64,000 bases of DNA. Origin: an uncultured delta proteobacterium (GTDB lineage: Bacteria; Desulfobacterota; Desulfobacteria; Desulfobacterales; B30-G6). A model generated the notes under the pieces. It worked only from the letters and a program-made list of their open reading frames with translations, was not told the DNA's origin and made no database searches. Location: the NCBI GenBank assembly GCA_963823335.1, contig CAWGLD010000003.1, positions 64,001-128,000 on the forward strand, in the 5' to 3' direction. This document shows, one piece after another, positions 1 to 9,613 of this stretch (within the stretch, counting starts at the first letter, position 1; each line of letters starts with the position of its first letter). The translations under genes were made by a program, and so were the position numbers.

Positions 1-1193
1 AAGAGAACAGCGCCGATAGCGCAAAAGACAGGCAGTGTTTTAAATGCTGTGGTCAAGTCATATCTGTCCGACATCATACCCACAAAGAGCGGTCCCAGGG
101 AGCTACCTAATGTGTGTTGAATGACAATGTTGATGCTCAATGAAATGGCACGAAGACCGGGATGGACAACATCCTGGGTTACGGCCACAGCTGCAGGGAC
201 AAACATGATAATGGTGACACCCAGGCAGAGCAATGTCAGATACTGGATGTCGCCTTCCAGATAACCAAAGGCGACAAAAAGAATCATGGCCGAGACAGCA
301 GAAGATATTGCCGGCAGCAACATCCGTGCACGAGGGGTATGTTTCATCCACCTGTCGCTGAGATAACCACCCAGTGGTGCACCGATAATGGCCAGAAACA
401 TGATCAGCCCGCCTTTGGGGCCGGCCTTGCTCATGGGGAGATCGTGCATACGATGGAAATAGGTCGGCAGCCAGCTTAACAGGGCAGTGGTGACAAATAC
501 ATTGGATGCAAAAGCCAGATTATTGAAAAGGAGCGATTTTTTGCATAGAAAGGTTTTGACAATATCCATAAGGGTCATTCTATTTGATGATTTGTCGGCC
601 TCATGGGGCCTGATTTGCACCAATTCAACGGTTTTGTAGTCCTTTACCTTGAAAAACATCAGCGCCAGGATCATTCCCGGTATGGCAACGATTCCGAAAG
701 CGTGGCGCCAGCCCAGATGCTCTGCAATGATTCCTCCCAGTGCAATACCGATGGCGCTGCCCAGTGGGATCGAGGCATTCCAGATACCGAGAATTCTGGC
801 CCGTTTTTCAGGGGGAAATAGCGCTGAAATCAAAGCAGTTCCACCGGGAGCATATCCTGCCTCACCGATTCCGATGGCAATCCTGGCACTGAAAAGCTGT
901 TTGAAATTTTTGGCAAAAACACATAGCAGTGTGGCTAAGCTCCATAGGATAGCCATGAGTCCTATGGCCTTCTTTCTGCTCCAGCGGTCAACGATGATGG
1001 AGACCGGAAAGGAGAAAAGGAGGATGGACCAATAGACCGACGACACGAGGAGGCCGCATTGGGTGTCGGTCAATCCCCAGTCTTGCTGAAGAAAAGGGAA
1101 GAGGGATACGATAATCAGCCTGTCAATGTAGTCGAACATGTAGAGCAGAAACAGGAGACCAAAAGTATAGTAGGCATTGTTGTATGTTTTCAT
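1..1193 (-). CDS. MFS transporter (spinster/ACS-like), 3' end runs off the window
   Basis: Not in the ORF track; manual translation from ATG at 1193 gives MKTYNNAYYTFGLLFLLYMFDYIDR...IVDRWSRKK...RIAIGIGEAGY, with MFS motif A and many hydrophobic helices, open to position 1. Confidence 0.9.
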   Translation of the reverse strand, partial: MKTYNNAYYTFGLLFLLYMFDYIDRLIIVSLFPFLQQDWGLTDTQCGLLVSSVYWSILLFSFPVSIIVDRWSRKKAIGLMAILWSLATLLCVFAKNFKQLFSARIAIGIGEAGYAPGGTALISALFPPEKRARILGIWNASIPLGSAIGIALGGIIAEHLGWRHAFGIVAIPGMILALMFFKVKDYKTVELVQIRPHEADKSSNRMTLMDIVKTFLCKKSLLFNNLAFASNVFVTTALLSWLPTYFHRMHDLPMSKAGPKGGLIMFLAIIGAPLGGYLSDRWMKHTPRARMLLPAISSAVSAMILFVAFGYLEGDIQYLTLLCLGVTIIMFVPAAVAVTQDVVHPGLRAISLSINIVIQHTLGSSLGPLFVGMMSDRYDLTTAFKTLPVFCAIGAVL

Positions 1194-1290
1194 GGCATCA
1201 TTTGAATATCTATGCTATTTCACGAGAAAAGACAACCTGTTCAATCTCGAATTGTGTTTCATATGGTATTTTCCCCAGGCTGGATTAATC

Positions 1291-2334
1291 ATGATATTTC
1301 AAAATAGTTGCTGTCTGCCGGTCAGCAAAGGAAGGCAGTTGTTTTTGGTGACTTTTCTGGTATCTCTTCTGATTATCCTCCAGGTTTCCGTGTTATCGGC
1401 AGCACCCGCCATGGATCCAGAAAATGCTTCCGATAAAAAACAGACAAAAAGCAACGGTCAGAAATCCATTGAAATTGAAGCGGGTTACGGTTATCGACAG
1501 GACAGTTTCGATTGGAATATTTCCGGGGATCTCCAGGGGAAAAACCCCAATGTCTTATCCGAGTTGGAATGGAAGGATCTGCTCATCCACGAGGCCTATC
1601 TGGAGTTGCGGGCCAACCTGAGAAATTCTATTGTGTTGAAAGGATCCATTGGCTACGGTAGGATTGTCTCCGGTTCTAACCAGGATTCGGACTATTCTGC
1701 TGACAACCGCGAACTGGAATTTTCCCGGTCAGTCAACGATGCAGACAAAGGACACACCCTGGACGGACAGCTGGGAGCCGGTTACAGATTCCAGCTCATT
1801 TCGGAAGTCATCAGTGTCATACCGATAGCAGGATATTCATACCACCGACAATATCTCAGCATGACGGACGGATACCAGGCTAAGACCTGGCTGGGAGGGC
1901 CGCCCCTGGGATCATTTGAGGGTCTGGACAGTTCCTACGATGCCGAGTGGAAGGGTCCATGGGTAGGGATTGAGATGACCCTGGATGCGGAAAGGTTAAC
2001 GAAGAACCTGCCGCCGATGTCGTTTTACGCGGCCTGGGAGTATCACTGGGCAGACTACTATGCAGAGGCGGACTGGAATCTTCGTGATGACTTCAAGCAC
2101 CCCAAGAGCTTTGAACATGAAGCCGATGGAACTGGTATGGTTGCCAGCCTGGGTGTTTGTGTACGCCTGAGCGACAGGTGGTCGCTAAACCTTGAATATG
2201 AAAAAGAGGAATGGTCAACCGAACGAGGTGTCGATCGCGTTTTCCTGGAAAACAATACCACTATAGAAACCCGCCTGAACGAGGTTAACTGGCGCTCGGA
2301 TGTTATTCATTTTGGTTGCTCGGTCAGCTTCTAA
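1291..2334 (+). CDS. Omptin-like outer-membrane beta-barrel protein
   Basis: Hydrophobic N-terminal signal, LSELEW and DSDY segments resembling omptins, amphipathic strands, C-terminal Phe; start uncertain (ORF is open from 1177). Confidence 0.6.
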   Translation: MIFQNSCCLPVSKGRQLFLVTFLVSLLIILQVSVLSAAPAMDPENASDKKQTKSNGQKSIEIEAGYGYRQDSFDWNISGDLQGKNPNVLSELEWKDLLIHEAYLELRANLRNSIVLKGSIGYGRIVSGSNQDSDYSADNRELEFSRSVNDADKGHTLDGQLGAGYRFQLISEVISVIPIAGYSYHRQYLSMTDGYQAKTWLGGPPLGSFEGLDSSYDAEWKGPWVGIEMTLDAERLTKNLPPMSFYAAWEYHWADYYAEADWNLRDDFKHPKSFEHEADGTGMVASLGVCVRLSDRWSLNLEYEKEEWSTERGVDRVFLENNTTIETRLNEVNWRSDVIHFGCSVSF

Positions 2335-2411
2335 GAGAGGGCCTCATAAAATACTTCCCGCTGTTTTATTCGGGTTGCATTCTGGTGTCTTCTGCCATAT
2401 TCTTAGACATT

Positions 2412-3332
2412 ATGCCTCATCCTATTCGACAGGTTATGATACTGGTTGGCTCGTTCGTTTGTATTTGGCCGGCTGCTGCTCTGGCAAAAATGCCTGTATT
2501 TGTCAGTATTCTTCCCCAGCGGTATTTTGTGGAACAGATCGGAGGGGAGCATGTGGAGGTTCAGGTTATGGTGTTGCCGGGGGCTAGCCCGACCACATAT
2601 GAACCCAAGTCCCGCCAAATGGCAGCCATTGCAAAAGCAAAGATCTATTTCTCCATAGGGGTCCCGTTTGAAGCGGTCTGGCTGGAGAAAATCATATCAT
2701 CCAATAAAAGCCTGCGTGTCGTTCAGATGGATCGTGATATACAAAAACGGACCATGACCTCCTCTCATTCCCATGATGACGCAGAACAACGTGCCAGAGG
2801 TCAAACTCTTTCGCATGGCGGCCAAGAGACCATGCCGCATGGTATTCCTGATCCCCATGTATGGTTGTCGCCGCCCCTGGTGATATTGCAGGCGCGTACC
2901 GTTTTAGTTGCTTTACAGGACATCGATCCAGAAAATGCTTCAGCCTATGAAGCGAATTTTCAAACGTTTATTTTACAAGTCCTGGCCTTGGACAAAGAAC
3001 TGCGGCACCTGCTTGAACCGTATCAGGGACAGCGCTTCATGGTGTTTCACCCAGCCTGGGGTTATTTTGCCGACACCTATCGTCTGGAACAGATACCTGT
3101 GGAAATGGAGGGCAAAACGCCCAAACCGGCTCAGCTCAAGGCACTGATAACAAATGCACGCCGGGATCGTATAAAAGTTCTGTTTTTGCAGCCGCAGATA
3201 TCTTTAAAAATTGCTGAGCAGGTGGCCAGAGAAATCGGTGCACAGGTGGCATGGGCCGATCCACTTGCCATGGATTGGGCGGCAAATCTTCGGGATGTCG
3301 CCGGTAAATTTCAGCAGTCGATGGAGCGGTGA
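2412..3332 (+). CDS. znuA: Zinc/metal ABC transporter substrate-binding protein
   Basis: PGASPTTYEP, His-rich loop, DPHVWLSP and VFHPAWGYF motifs; signal peptide after Met at 2412. Confidence 0.9.
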   Translation: MPHPIRQVMILVGSFVCIWPAAALAKMPVFVSILPQRYFVEQIGGEHVEVQVMVLPGASPTTYEPKSRQMAAIAKAKIYFSIGVPFEAVWLEKIISSNKSLRVVQMDRDIQKRTMTSSHSHDDAEQRARGQTLSHGGQETMPHGIPDPHVWLSPPLVILQARTVLVALQDIDPENASAYEANFQTFILQVLALDKELRHLLEPYQGQRFMVFHPAWGYFADTYRLEQIPVEMEGKTPKPAQLKALITNARRDRIKVLFLQPQISLKIAEQVAREIGAQVAWADPLAMDWAANLRDVAGKFQQSMER

Positions 3333-3334
3333 AG

Positions 3335-3510
3335 AGGGTTGGAGGGTTTGAGGGGGATACAAGGGTTGGCGGGTGGCTGAGGGCTGGTAGCGAAAGGCAC
3401 CTAACAGCCTACAGTCTAAACAGCTAAAGGGCTAATAAGGGTCCGAGGGTAGCTGACAGCTACAAGCAGACAGCAGCATCCCAGCTTCCAGACATTCGAA
3501 CGTCCCAGCA
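3335..3510 (+). repeat. Repeat family C copy (octamer-rich arm plus CAGCAGCATCCCAGC core)
   Basis: GAGGGTAGCTGACAGCTACAAGCAGACAGCAGCATCCCAGC matches the reverse complement of the ~4410-4480 region and the copy at ~59630-59700; boundaries approximate. Confidence 0.7.
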
Positions 3511-3530
3511 AACAAGAGCCCGGGGATTGG

Positions 3531-4316
3531 ATGTGTTATATGACATCGTTGATTGCAGATATTGAACAGGTGGCATTTTCTTACAACGATCAGGTGGTTC
3601 TGGAAAATGTGAACCTGAAGATATTCGAGAGGGATTTTGTTGCCGTGATCGGTCCCAACGGTGGTGGGAAGACCACACTGTTGAAACTGATCCTGGGTCT
3701 TCTGCCGCCTTCCAAAGGGAAGATACACATATTTGACCGGCCGCCACAAAACGCCTCTTATCTTATCGGTTATGTGCCGCAGGATGTTCATATCAATCAG
3801 AACTTTCCCATTACAGCCATTGATGTGGTATTGATGGGCAAGCTGTTGCCGGGAAAACGATGGCAGCGAAATGCATTAAAGGATCGACAAGAGGCGCTAG
3901 CAGCTTTAGGCCACATGGAAATGGAATCATTTGCCGACAAAAAGATCGGGGAATTGTCGGGTGGACAACGGCAGCGGATATTTATTGCGCGAGCGCTTGT
4001 CACCAGACCCCGGCTGCTACTTCTGGACGAACCCACCGCCAGTATCGACTCCAAAGGTCAAGCTGATTTTTTCAGACTCCTGGAGGCACTTAACAAAGAG
4101 ATGACAATCCTGATGGTCAGCCATGATCTGCTGGCAATTTCGAGGCATGTTAAAAGTGTGGCGTGTGTTAACAGGCATCTGCACTATCACAATCACGCTG
4201 AAATTACCGGTGATATGCTGGAAATCATGTATCCATGCACAGTGGAGGAGGTTTGTCCTGTGGAACTGGTAGCCCATGGGCTGCCGCATCGGGTATTGAA
4301 GGATCACCAACAATAG
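3531..4316 (+). CDS. znuC: Zinc/metal ABC transporter ATP-binding protein
   Basis: Walker A GPNGGGKTT, signature LSGGQRQR, Walker B LLLLDEP, SHD switch. Confidence 0.92.
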   Translation: MCYMTSLIADIEQVAFSYNDQVVLENVNLKIFERDFVAVIGPNGGGKTTLLKLILGLLPPSKGKIHIFDRPPQNASYLIGYVPQDVHINQNFPITAIDVVLMGKLLPGKRWQRNALKDRQEALAALGHMEMESFADKKIGELSGGQRQRIFIARALVTRPRLLLLDEPTASIDSKGQADFFRLLEALNKEMTILMVSHDLLAISRHVKSVACVNRHLHYHNHAEITGDMLEIMYPCTVEEVCPVELVAHGLPHRVLKDHQQ

Positions 4317-4319
4317 CTT

Positions 4320-4520
4320 GATAGACTGTTAGACTTTAGGCTGTAGGAGCAGTTTAGCAGGGATTACGGTTAACTAATGAGCTATGTTTGGAGGTATGGA
4401 GATCGCTCCATTATGCTGGGAAGCGAGGATGCTCGAAGGCTGGAATGCTGCTGTCTGCTTATCGCTCTCAACCACCCTCGAATCCTTGACTCCTCGGACC
4501 CTTCCTCCAAACGAATTGGG
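4320..4520 (-). repeat. Repeat family C copy, inverted relative to 3335-3510
   Basis: Reverse complement contains GAGGGTGGTTGAGAGCGATAAGCAGACAGCAGCATTCCAGCC and CTACAGCCTAAAGTCTAACAG; boundaries approximate. Confidence 0.7.
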
Positions 4521-4573
4521 GGCAGAGCTGAAGTTATTAAGCTAAGTCATAAGGTTAGTAAGAGAAAGTAAAT

Positions 4574-5407
4574 ATGATCGAAGCCCTGCAGTTTGAATTT
4601 ATGCGTCATGCACTAATGGCCGGTCTGCTGGCCAGCATCATCTGTGGTGTCATGGGCACTCTGGTCGTTGTAAACCGTATCGCCTTTTTATCCGGCGGCA
4701 TTGCCCATGCTGCATACGGCGGAATTGGACTGGCTTTTTATCTGGGATGGAACTACCTGATCTGTACCATCGGGTTTTCACTTGGTGCCGCCATGCTTAT
4801 GGCCCTGGTCAGCTTTAAGCTAAAGCATCGTTCCGACACCATTATCGGTGTTATCTGGGCACTGGGTATGGCTTTTGGCATTATTTTGATTGACCTGACT
4901 CCGGGGTACAATGTCGATTTGATGAGTTACCTGTTTGGCAGCATCCTCACGGTACCTGCCTTTGATTTGACGATCATGCTGGTGATCTGTCTCGTGACCA
5001 TCGGTTTTGTGACGTTCTATTATCAGGGGCTGATTGCCTTTTCATACGATGAAGAATTTGCACAGATCAGAGGGGTGCCAGTCAAAGCGCTCTATTTCGT
5101 CTTGATCGGTATACTGGCTGTTGCAATTGTCATGCTGATCCAGGTCGTAGGACTTATCCTGGTGATTGCCCTTTTGACGATTCCTCCCTTTATTGTGGAG
5201 AAATATACCAGCTCCCTGGTTCAGATGATGTTGGCATCGAGTCTGCTGGGAGTGGTATTTACGGTCAGTGGTCTTTGGTTGGCATATTCTTTTAACCTGA
5301 CCTCCGGCGCTTCCATCATCCTGGTTGCAGGGGGTGTATTTATTTTGGATTTCCTGTTCGACCTCGGCAAAAAACGATTTCACCGGGTCGTCGTTGGGGA
5401 GAATTGA
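4574..5407 (+). CDS. znuB: Zinc/metal ABC transporter permease
   Basis: ABC-3 permease motifs GIAHAAYGG and DLMSYLFGSIL; multiple TM helices; follows znuA and znuC. Confidence 0.92.
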   Translation: MIEALQFEFMRHALMAGLLASIICGVMGTLVVVNRIAFLSGGIAHAAYGGIGLAFYLGWNYLICTIGFSLGAAMLMALVSFKLKHRSDTIIGVIWALGMAFGIILIDLTPGYNVDLMSYLFGSILTVPAFDLTIMLVICLVTIGFVTFYYQGLIAFSYDEEFAQIRGVPVKALYFVLIGILAVAIVMLIQVVGLILVIALLTIPPFIVEKYTSSLVQMMLASSLLGVVFTVSGLWLAYSFNLTSGASIILVAGGVFILDFLFDLGKKRFHRVVVGEN

Positions 5408-5479
5408 AGAACCTCGCAGCATGCGAAGCACTGCCGAACGGCAGAACCTACGGGGCAATGCGCTCGCTGTTGCGGTTCA
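5404..5479 (+). repeat. Repeat family A (~76 bp palindromic element)
   Basis: TTGAAGAACCTCGCAGCATGCGAAGCACTGCCGAACGGCAGAACCTACGGGGCAATGCGCTCGC...GGTTCA, near-identical to five other copies. Confidence 0.9.
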
Positions 5480-5609
5480 TCTGGAACCTGACATCAAATG
5501 GAAATCTCATGAAAATAGGCGGGTAATGCTATTAAACCTTTTCAATCTGGAAAAAGACCATAAGCGTTTTCATGATAGCACCTGTTTCCCATGCTGGCGC
5601 TTTCGATGG

Positions 5610-5990
5610 ATGTTATGTTCATACCTGATTGTCTTTTGGGTGAGTTTTTTAGTTGGCTGTGCACCTCACTCCGTAACGCAACCGGACCCATCCCCATATG
5701 AAGATTTACTCGGTATCTATCGCGAGCCTTTGAATCACCTGGACGCGGTCAGACGCGGTGCCTGCCCCATGCACCCGTCCTGTTCCGAGTACAGTCGCCA
5801 GGCTGTCAAGAAGCATGGTTTTGTTCTAGGGTGGGCCATGGCAATGGATCGTCTGTTGCGATGCGGCCGTGATGAATTGAGGCGTGCCCCCACAATCCTT
5901 GTCCATGGCCAATGGAAGTTCTACGATCCGCTCGTGGCAAACGATAACTGGTGGTATTCCACTGGTGAAGAAATCGATCCAGATTCATGA
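5610..5990 (+). CDS. YidD-family (membrane protein insertion efficiency/haemolytic domain) protein, possible lipoprotein
   Basis: CPMHPSCSEY...KKHG...RLLRC motif; hydrophobic stretch ending LVGC; start uncertain (5526 or 5610). Confidence 0.75.
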   Translation: MLCSYLIVFWVSFLVGCAPHSVTQPDPSPYEDLLGIYREPLNHLDAVRRGACPMHPSCSEYSRQAVKKHGFVLGWAMAMDRLLRCGRDELRRAPTILVHGQWKFYDPLVANDNWWYSTGEEIDPDS

Positions 5991-6061
5991 CAATATACTG
6001 AAATACTAAGGCATAAAAAATATTTACAGTTGAGTCGCATGAAATATTCGGGCTAAATGGG

Positions 6062-6090
6062 TTGACAAATGCATCCCTGTCTCATAATAT
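6062..6090 (+). promoter_or_regulatory. Sigma-70-type promoter
   Basis: TTGACA, 17 nt spacer, TAATAT upstream of the gene at 6236. Confidence 0.55.
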
Positions 6091-6235
6091 CAATCATTAT
6101 CCTCTCGGTTAAAGCGTCAGTGTAAGTACCCAGGAGTTTTTTACCTACCCTATAAAGCAGACGCTCAACCCACCCGATACGAACTTATAAATCGATGTAA
6201 AAACATCCAGTTGTATACATCAAAGGAGTGGTCAC

Positions 6236-6604
6236 ATGCGACATAAATTTATGATCAAGAGAAATGAAACTAAAAAGGAACTTCGCATCAGGGAGTACGC
6301 CAATTTGGAGAGAGAGCCTAAGAACGAATGGCAACGATCCGACGTAGCGGCATTTTCACTCATTGGTGAAGAAACCTATGGCAAAAGGGCAGTCACGATG
6401 GCTATTGAAAAGGGTAAGAGGCATCTTATTTCAGTGTTGCGTACCCACAACATGTATCCTATCGGGATATATGCGGAAGAAATCGCCGTATCCGTTATGG
6501 GGTTGTATGCATCGGACAACAAGCGCTTGGTGGAATTGTCCTTTGATGACAAAGCCTATTTTGAACATCAAGATATTCTTCAAAAAACGTCAACAACCGC
6601 ATGA
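6236..6604 (+). CDS. Hypothetical protein
   Basis: AAGGAG RBS, upstream promoter motif, protein-like composition. Confidence 0.75.
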   Translation: MRHKFMIKRNETKKELRIREYANLEREPKNEWQRSDVAAFSLIGEETYGKRAVTMAIEKGKRHLISVLRTHNMYPIGIYAEEIAVSVMGLYASDNKRLVELSFDDKAYFEHQDILQKTSTTA

Positions 6605-6640
6605 GCGAACCGTTGAACACAAGGATTTGACCCCTTCCAA

Positions 6641-6735
6641 TTGAAGACCCACCCAGCAAGTTACCGGAAATTCTCCTCCGTGGGCTAGTGCTTTACAGCA
6701 GCGCCAAGGGATTAGCCATTGCTGTTGTGGTTCAA
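6641..6735 (+). repeat. Degenerate family A-like element
   Basis: TTGAAG...CAGCAAGTTACCGGAAAT...GCTGTTGTGGTTCAA with the same TTGAA/TTCAA termini. Confidence 0.5.
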
Positions 6736-6879
6736 ACCTCAGGTATTGCCGCAGCGATGCTCTTGCCATGCAACCGGCATCAACCGGATCGACAGGTAAG
6801 GGCTTGACTATCTTGTCGATGCCAAATAAGTTGCACGCTATATTCTATCTCAACAGGCGGTTTATTTAAGGAGCGATGC

Positions 6880-7635
6880 ATGGGTTGGTTAGGTAAAATG
6901 GTGGGGGGCGCCATCGGGTTTGCCCTGGGGGGACCATTAGGTGGCATTGCGGGCGCTGTTTTCGGGCATGCCTTCGACCGTAGTGAAGAAAGAACATTTA
7001 CCGAAGAGCGGCAGCGTCTGTCACCAGGAGAGGAATCCCAGTTTGCCTTTTTTATCGGTGCCTTTTCCATGCTGGCCAAATTGTCACAAGCCGATGGCCG
7101 TGTTTCCCGGGAAGAGGTCACATCGATTGAAAAATTCATGGTGCGCGACCTCAATTTGAACCAGCAAAGTCAAGCCGTGGCCATGAATATTTTTCAGGCC
7201 GCCATGTCCTCTCCGGGAACCTTTCAGGATTTTGCGGCCCAGTTCTACGATCGGTTCAGGTTTCAGCCCCAGCTTCTGGGTGTCATGCTCGACATCTTGT
7301 TACGCGTGTCAATTGCAGACGGGGCTCTCAGTGAGGTTGAGGAGCGGCTGATTCTCGCGGCCAAATCCATATTTAGTATCAACGACCATCAATACAATGC
7401 CATCAAGTCCAGATACATCAAAGATGACGACAAATATTATACCATATTGGGGGTTAGCCGGAGCGATACCAACGAGACTATCCGGACGCGGTACCGCAAG
7501 CTTGTGAAGGAATACCATCCCGACATGATCGCCTCCAAAGGGCTTCCCGAAGAATTTACGAAACTGGCAGAAGACAAATTTCGAGAAATCCAGGAGGCGT
7601 ATGATCGTGTCCGCAAGGAGCGTAACGTACACTAG
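6880..7635 (+). CDS. djlA: Co-chaperone DjlA (TM-TerB-like-J domain)
   Basis: Gly-rich N-terminal anchor, ADGRVS, C-terminal J domain with HPD. Confidence 0.9.
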   Translation: MGWLGKMVGGAIGFALGGPLGGIAGAVFGHAFDRSEERTFTEERQRLSPGEESQFAFFIGAFSMLAKLSQADGRVSREEVTSIEKFMVRDLNLNQQSQAVAMNIFQAAMSSPGTFQDFAAQFYDRFRFQPQLLGVMLDILLRVSIADGALSEVEERLILAAKSIFSINDHQYNAIKSRYIKDDDKYYTILGVSRSDTNETIRTRYRKLVKEYHPDMIASKGLPEEFTKLAEDKFREIQEAYDRVRKERNVH

Positions 7636-7711
7636 GCGTCATCTCAAAACTGTCTTTTGACCCATGTCTGTGTCAGTCTTTCACTTCAATTCATAGCAAG
7701 CAACGCTATGA

Positions 7712-9073
7712 TCACGACAAAACACGACCGATGAGTGACTTCTTGTTGTGAATTTCTTCGATTCGGACATTCTGGAACGTATTTTCAACACCCGCACTTC
7801 TATCCAGGAGTACCTTGATGTAATTGGACGTCACGCCCGTGAGCCGACCGGTTTTTGCGTCGGGAGTTGTTTCAACCAGAACTTCTACTTCGGAATGCAT
7901 GTGCCTTTCGAGAAAGACCAGCCTTTTTTGCTGCCCCAACGCCCTTACTTCCCGGCATCTCTGCTTGACAATGTCTGATGGCACCCGGTCAGAAAACGTG
8001 TACGCCGGAGTTCCCTTTCTGGGCGAGAACGGGAATACATGCAGATAAGCGAGGGGGAGGCTCCTGATGAAGGAGACAGTGTTTTGGTATGCTTTTTCGG
8101 TTTCACCGGGAAATCCAATCATCACATCCACACCAATGGCAGCCTCTGGCAGAGTCTGGTGTATTGCTCCGATACGGTCACGAAAATCTTTTTGCCGATA
8201 AGGTCGGCGCATCCGTTTTAGAATGTCGTCATCACCGTTCTGCATGGGAATATGAAAATGGCGGCAGATGTGCCCAGGTCGTGGGGACGATGCAGATACC
8301 AGGTCGATGAGTTTGTCTGTAACCTCGAGGGGTTCGATGGAGCTGAGACGGATTCTGTCCATGGCTTTTTGCTCTCGCAAAACGGTCAGGAGTTCGGTTA
8401 AATGACTTGCTGGAGAAAGGTCTGTGCCATAACATCCCAGGTGAATGCCGGTCAAGACGACCTCGTGAAAACCGGCCTTCTGGAGGATTCGAACAGACGC
8501 TAGCACATCCTTAAACGGCATGCTGTGGTGACGACCCCTTGCATAGGGAACGATGCAATAGGAACAGAAGGTATCGCAACCATCCTGAATTTTCAGGAAA
8601 GGACGGGTTTTGTTTTCAAAAGGAGAAAGCATCGCTTTATCAGGCGGGTTGGGCTGGAAACGCTTTACAGCCGGCTTGGACAACATGCGCGTCAGGCAGG
8701 CAGATTGGACTATTTCAGGAATCCGGCTTTTTTCAGCATGTCCCACGACCTGGTGGACACCTATGATTTTTCGGATATTGTCGGGGTCTATTTGTGCAAG
8801 ACACCCTGTGACGATGATGGTGGCATCCGGGTTGGACCGGATGGCTTGTCGGATGGCCTGTCGCGACTGCATGGAGGCTTTGTGGGTGACGGTGCAGGTA
8901 TTGATGATACAGGTGTCGGTTCCGCCATCACCGGGTGGCTTGTTTTTATTGATTCTGTGAAATCCCGATTGCTTCAATTCTTGGGCTATGGTCTCTGATT
9001 CAAACTGGTTGACCTTGCAACCGAGGGTGATGATAGAAAATGAATTTTTATTTTTTGTCTTGGCCATGGTCAA
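7712..9073 (-). CDS. mtaB: tRNA ms2t6A37 methylthiotransferase
   Basis: TLGCKVNQFES, INTCTVT, radical SAM motif KIQDGCDTFCSYC, LTGIHLG, HVFPFSPR. Confidence 0.92.
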   Translation of the reverse strand: MTMAKTKNKNSFSIITLGCKVNQFESETIAQELKQSGFHRINKNKPPGDGGTDTCIINTCTVTHKASMQSRQAIRQAIRSNPDATIIVTGCLAQIDPDNIRKIIGVHQVVGHAEKSRIPEIVQSACLTRMLSKPAVKRFQPNPPDKAMLSPFENKTRPFLKIQDGCDTFCSYCIVPYARGRHHSMPFKDVLASVRILQKAGFHEVVLTGIHLGCYGTDLSPASHLTELLTVLREQKAMDRIRLSSIEPLEVTDKLIDLVSASSPRPGHICRHFHIPMQNGDDDILKRMRRPYRQKDFRDRIGAIHQTLPEAAIGVDVMIGFPGETEKAYQNTVSFIRSLPLAYLHVFPFSPRKGTPAYTFSDRVPSDIVKQRCREVRALGQQKRLVFLERHMHSEVEVLVETTPDAKTGRLTGVTSNYIKVLLDRSAGVENTFQNVRIEEIHNKKSLIGRVLS

Positions 9074-9288
9074 TATTTATGAAACTATCGGGTTAACCTT
9101 ATGTATAGTGAAAGATGAGATATTGATTAATAACATACTGTAAAAATAAAAAAATAAATTATTCAGTTAGCAGCTTATTAAACCCCTAATCGTAATTATT
9201 CTTCCCTATGTTCCTTCGCTTCCTGATTTTAACATATTTGTGAATCATGTGCGCATCCAATTCTATCGTATCGAACAATAACACGGTG

Positions 9289-9536
9289 AAAAAAACGAAT
9301 GAACATCGAACATCGAACGCCCAACATCGAATGTTGAATTTAAAATATGAAGAAACAGACATCGGTATTGAACGGCAATAGCGAGCACATTCCCCATAGT
9401 GACTCGACTTGAGGCCTTCGACGGAACCTCAGCCGAACTCCTCCCCGTCAAGTCTTGTTGTAGGGCACCCTTTACTATTCGTTTTCATTCAATGTTCGAT
9501 GTTCAGCGTTCGATGTTGGATGTTCATCTTTATGAA
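9289..9536 (+). repeat. Repeat family B composite element (heptamer-repeat inverted arms enclosing an A-type core)
   Basis: Left arm GAACATCGAACATCGAACGCCCAACATCGAAT, right arm ATGTTCGATGTTCAGCGTTCGATGTTGGATGTTCATC. Confidence 0.85.
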
Positions 9537-9613
9537 ATGATTCCGGCTGAGACAATTATCTTTGACCATGCCCAAAGGACATGGGTTTCTATGGCAAACT
9601 AAAACCGCTTGGT

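Noticed and set aside
9289-9536. Heptamer and family A repeats as a CRISPR array
   Set aside because: Copies are dispersed or inverted, with no regular repeat-spacer periodicity and no cas genes in the window
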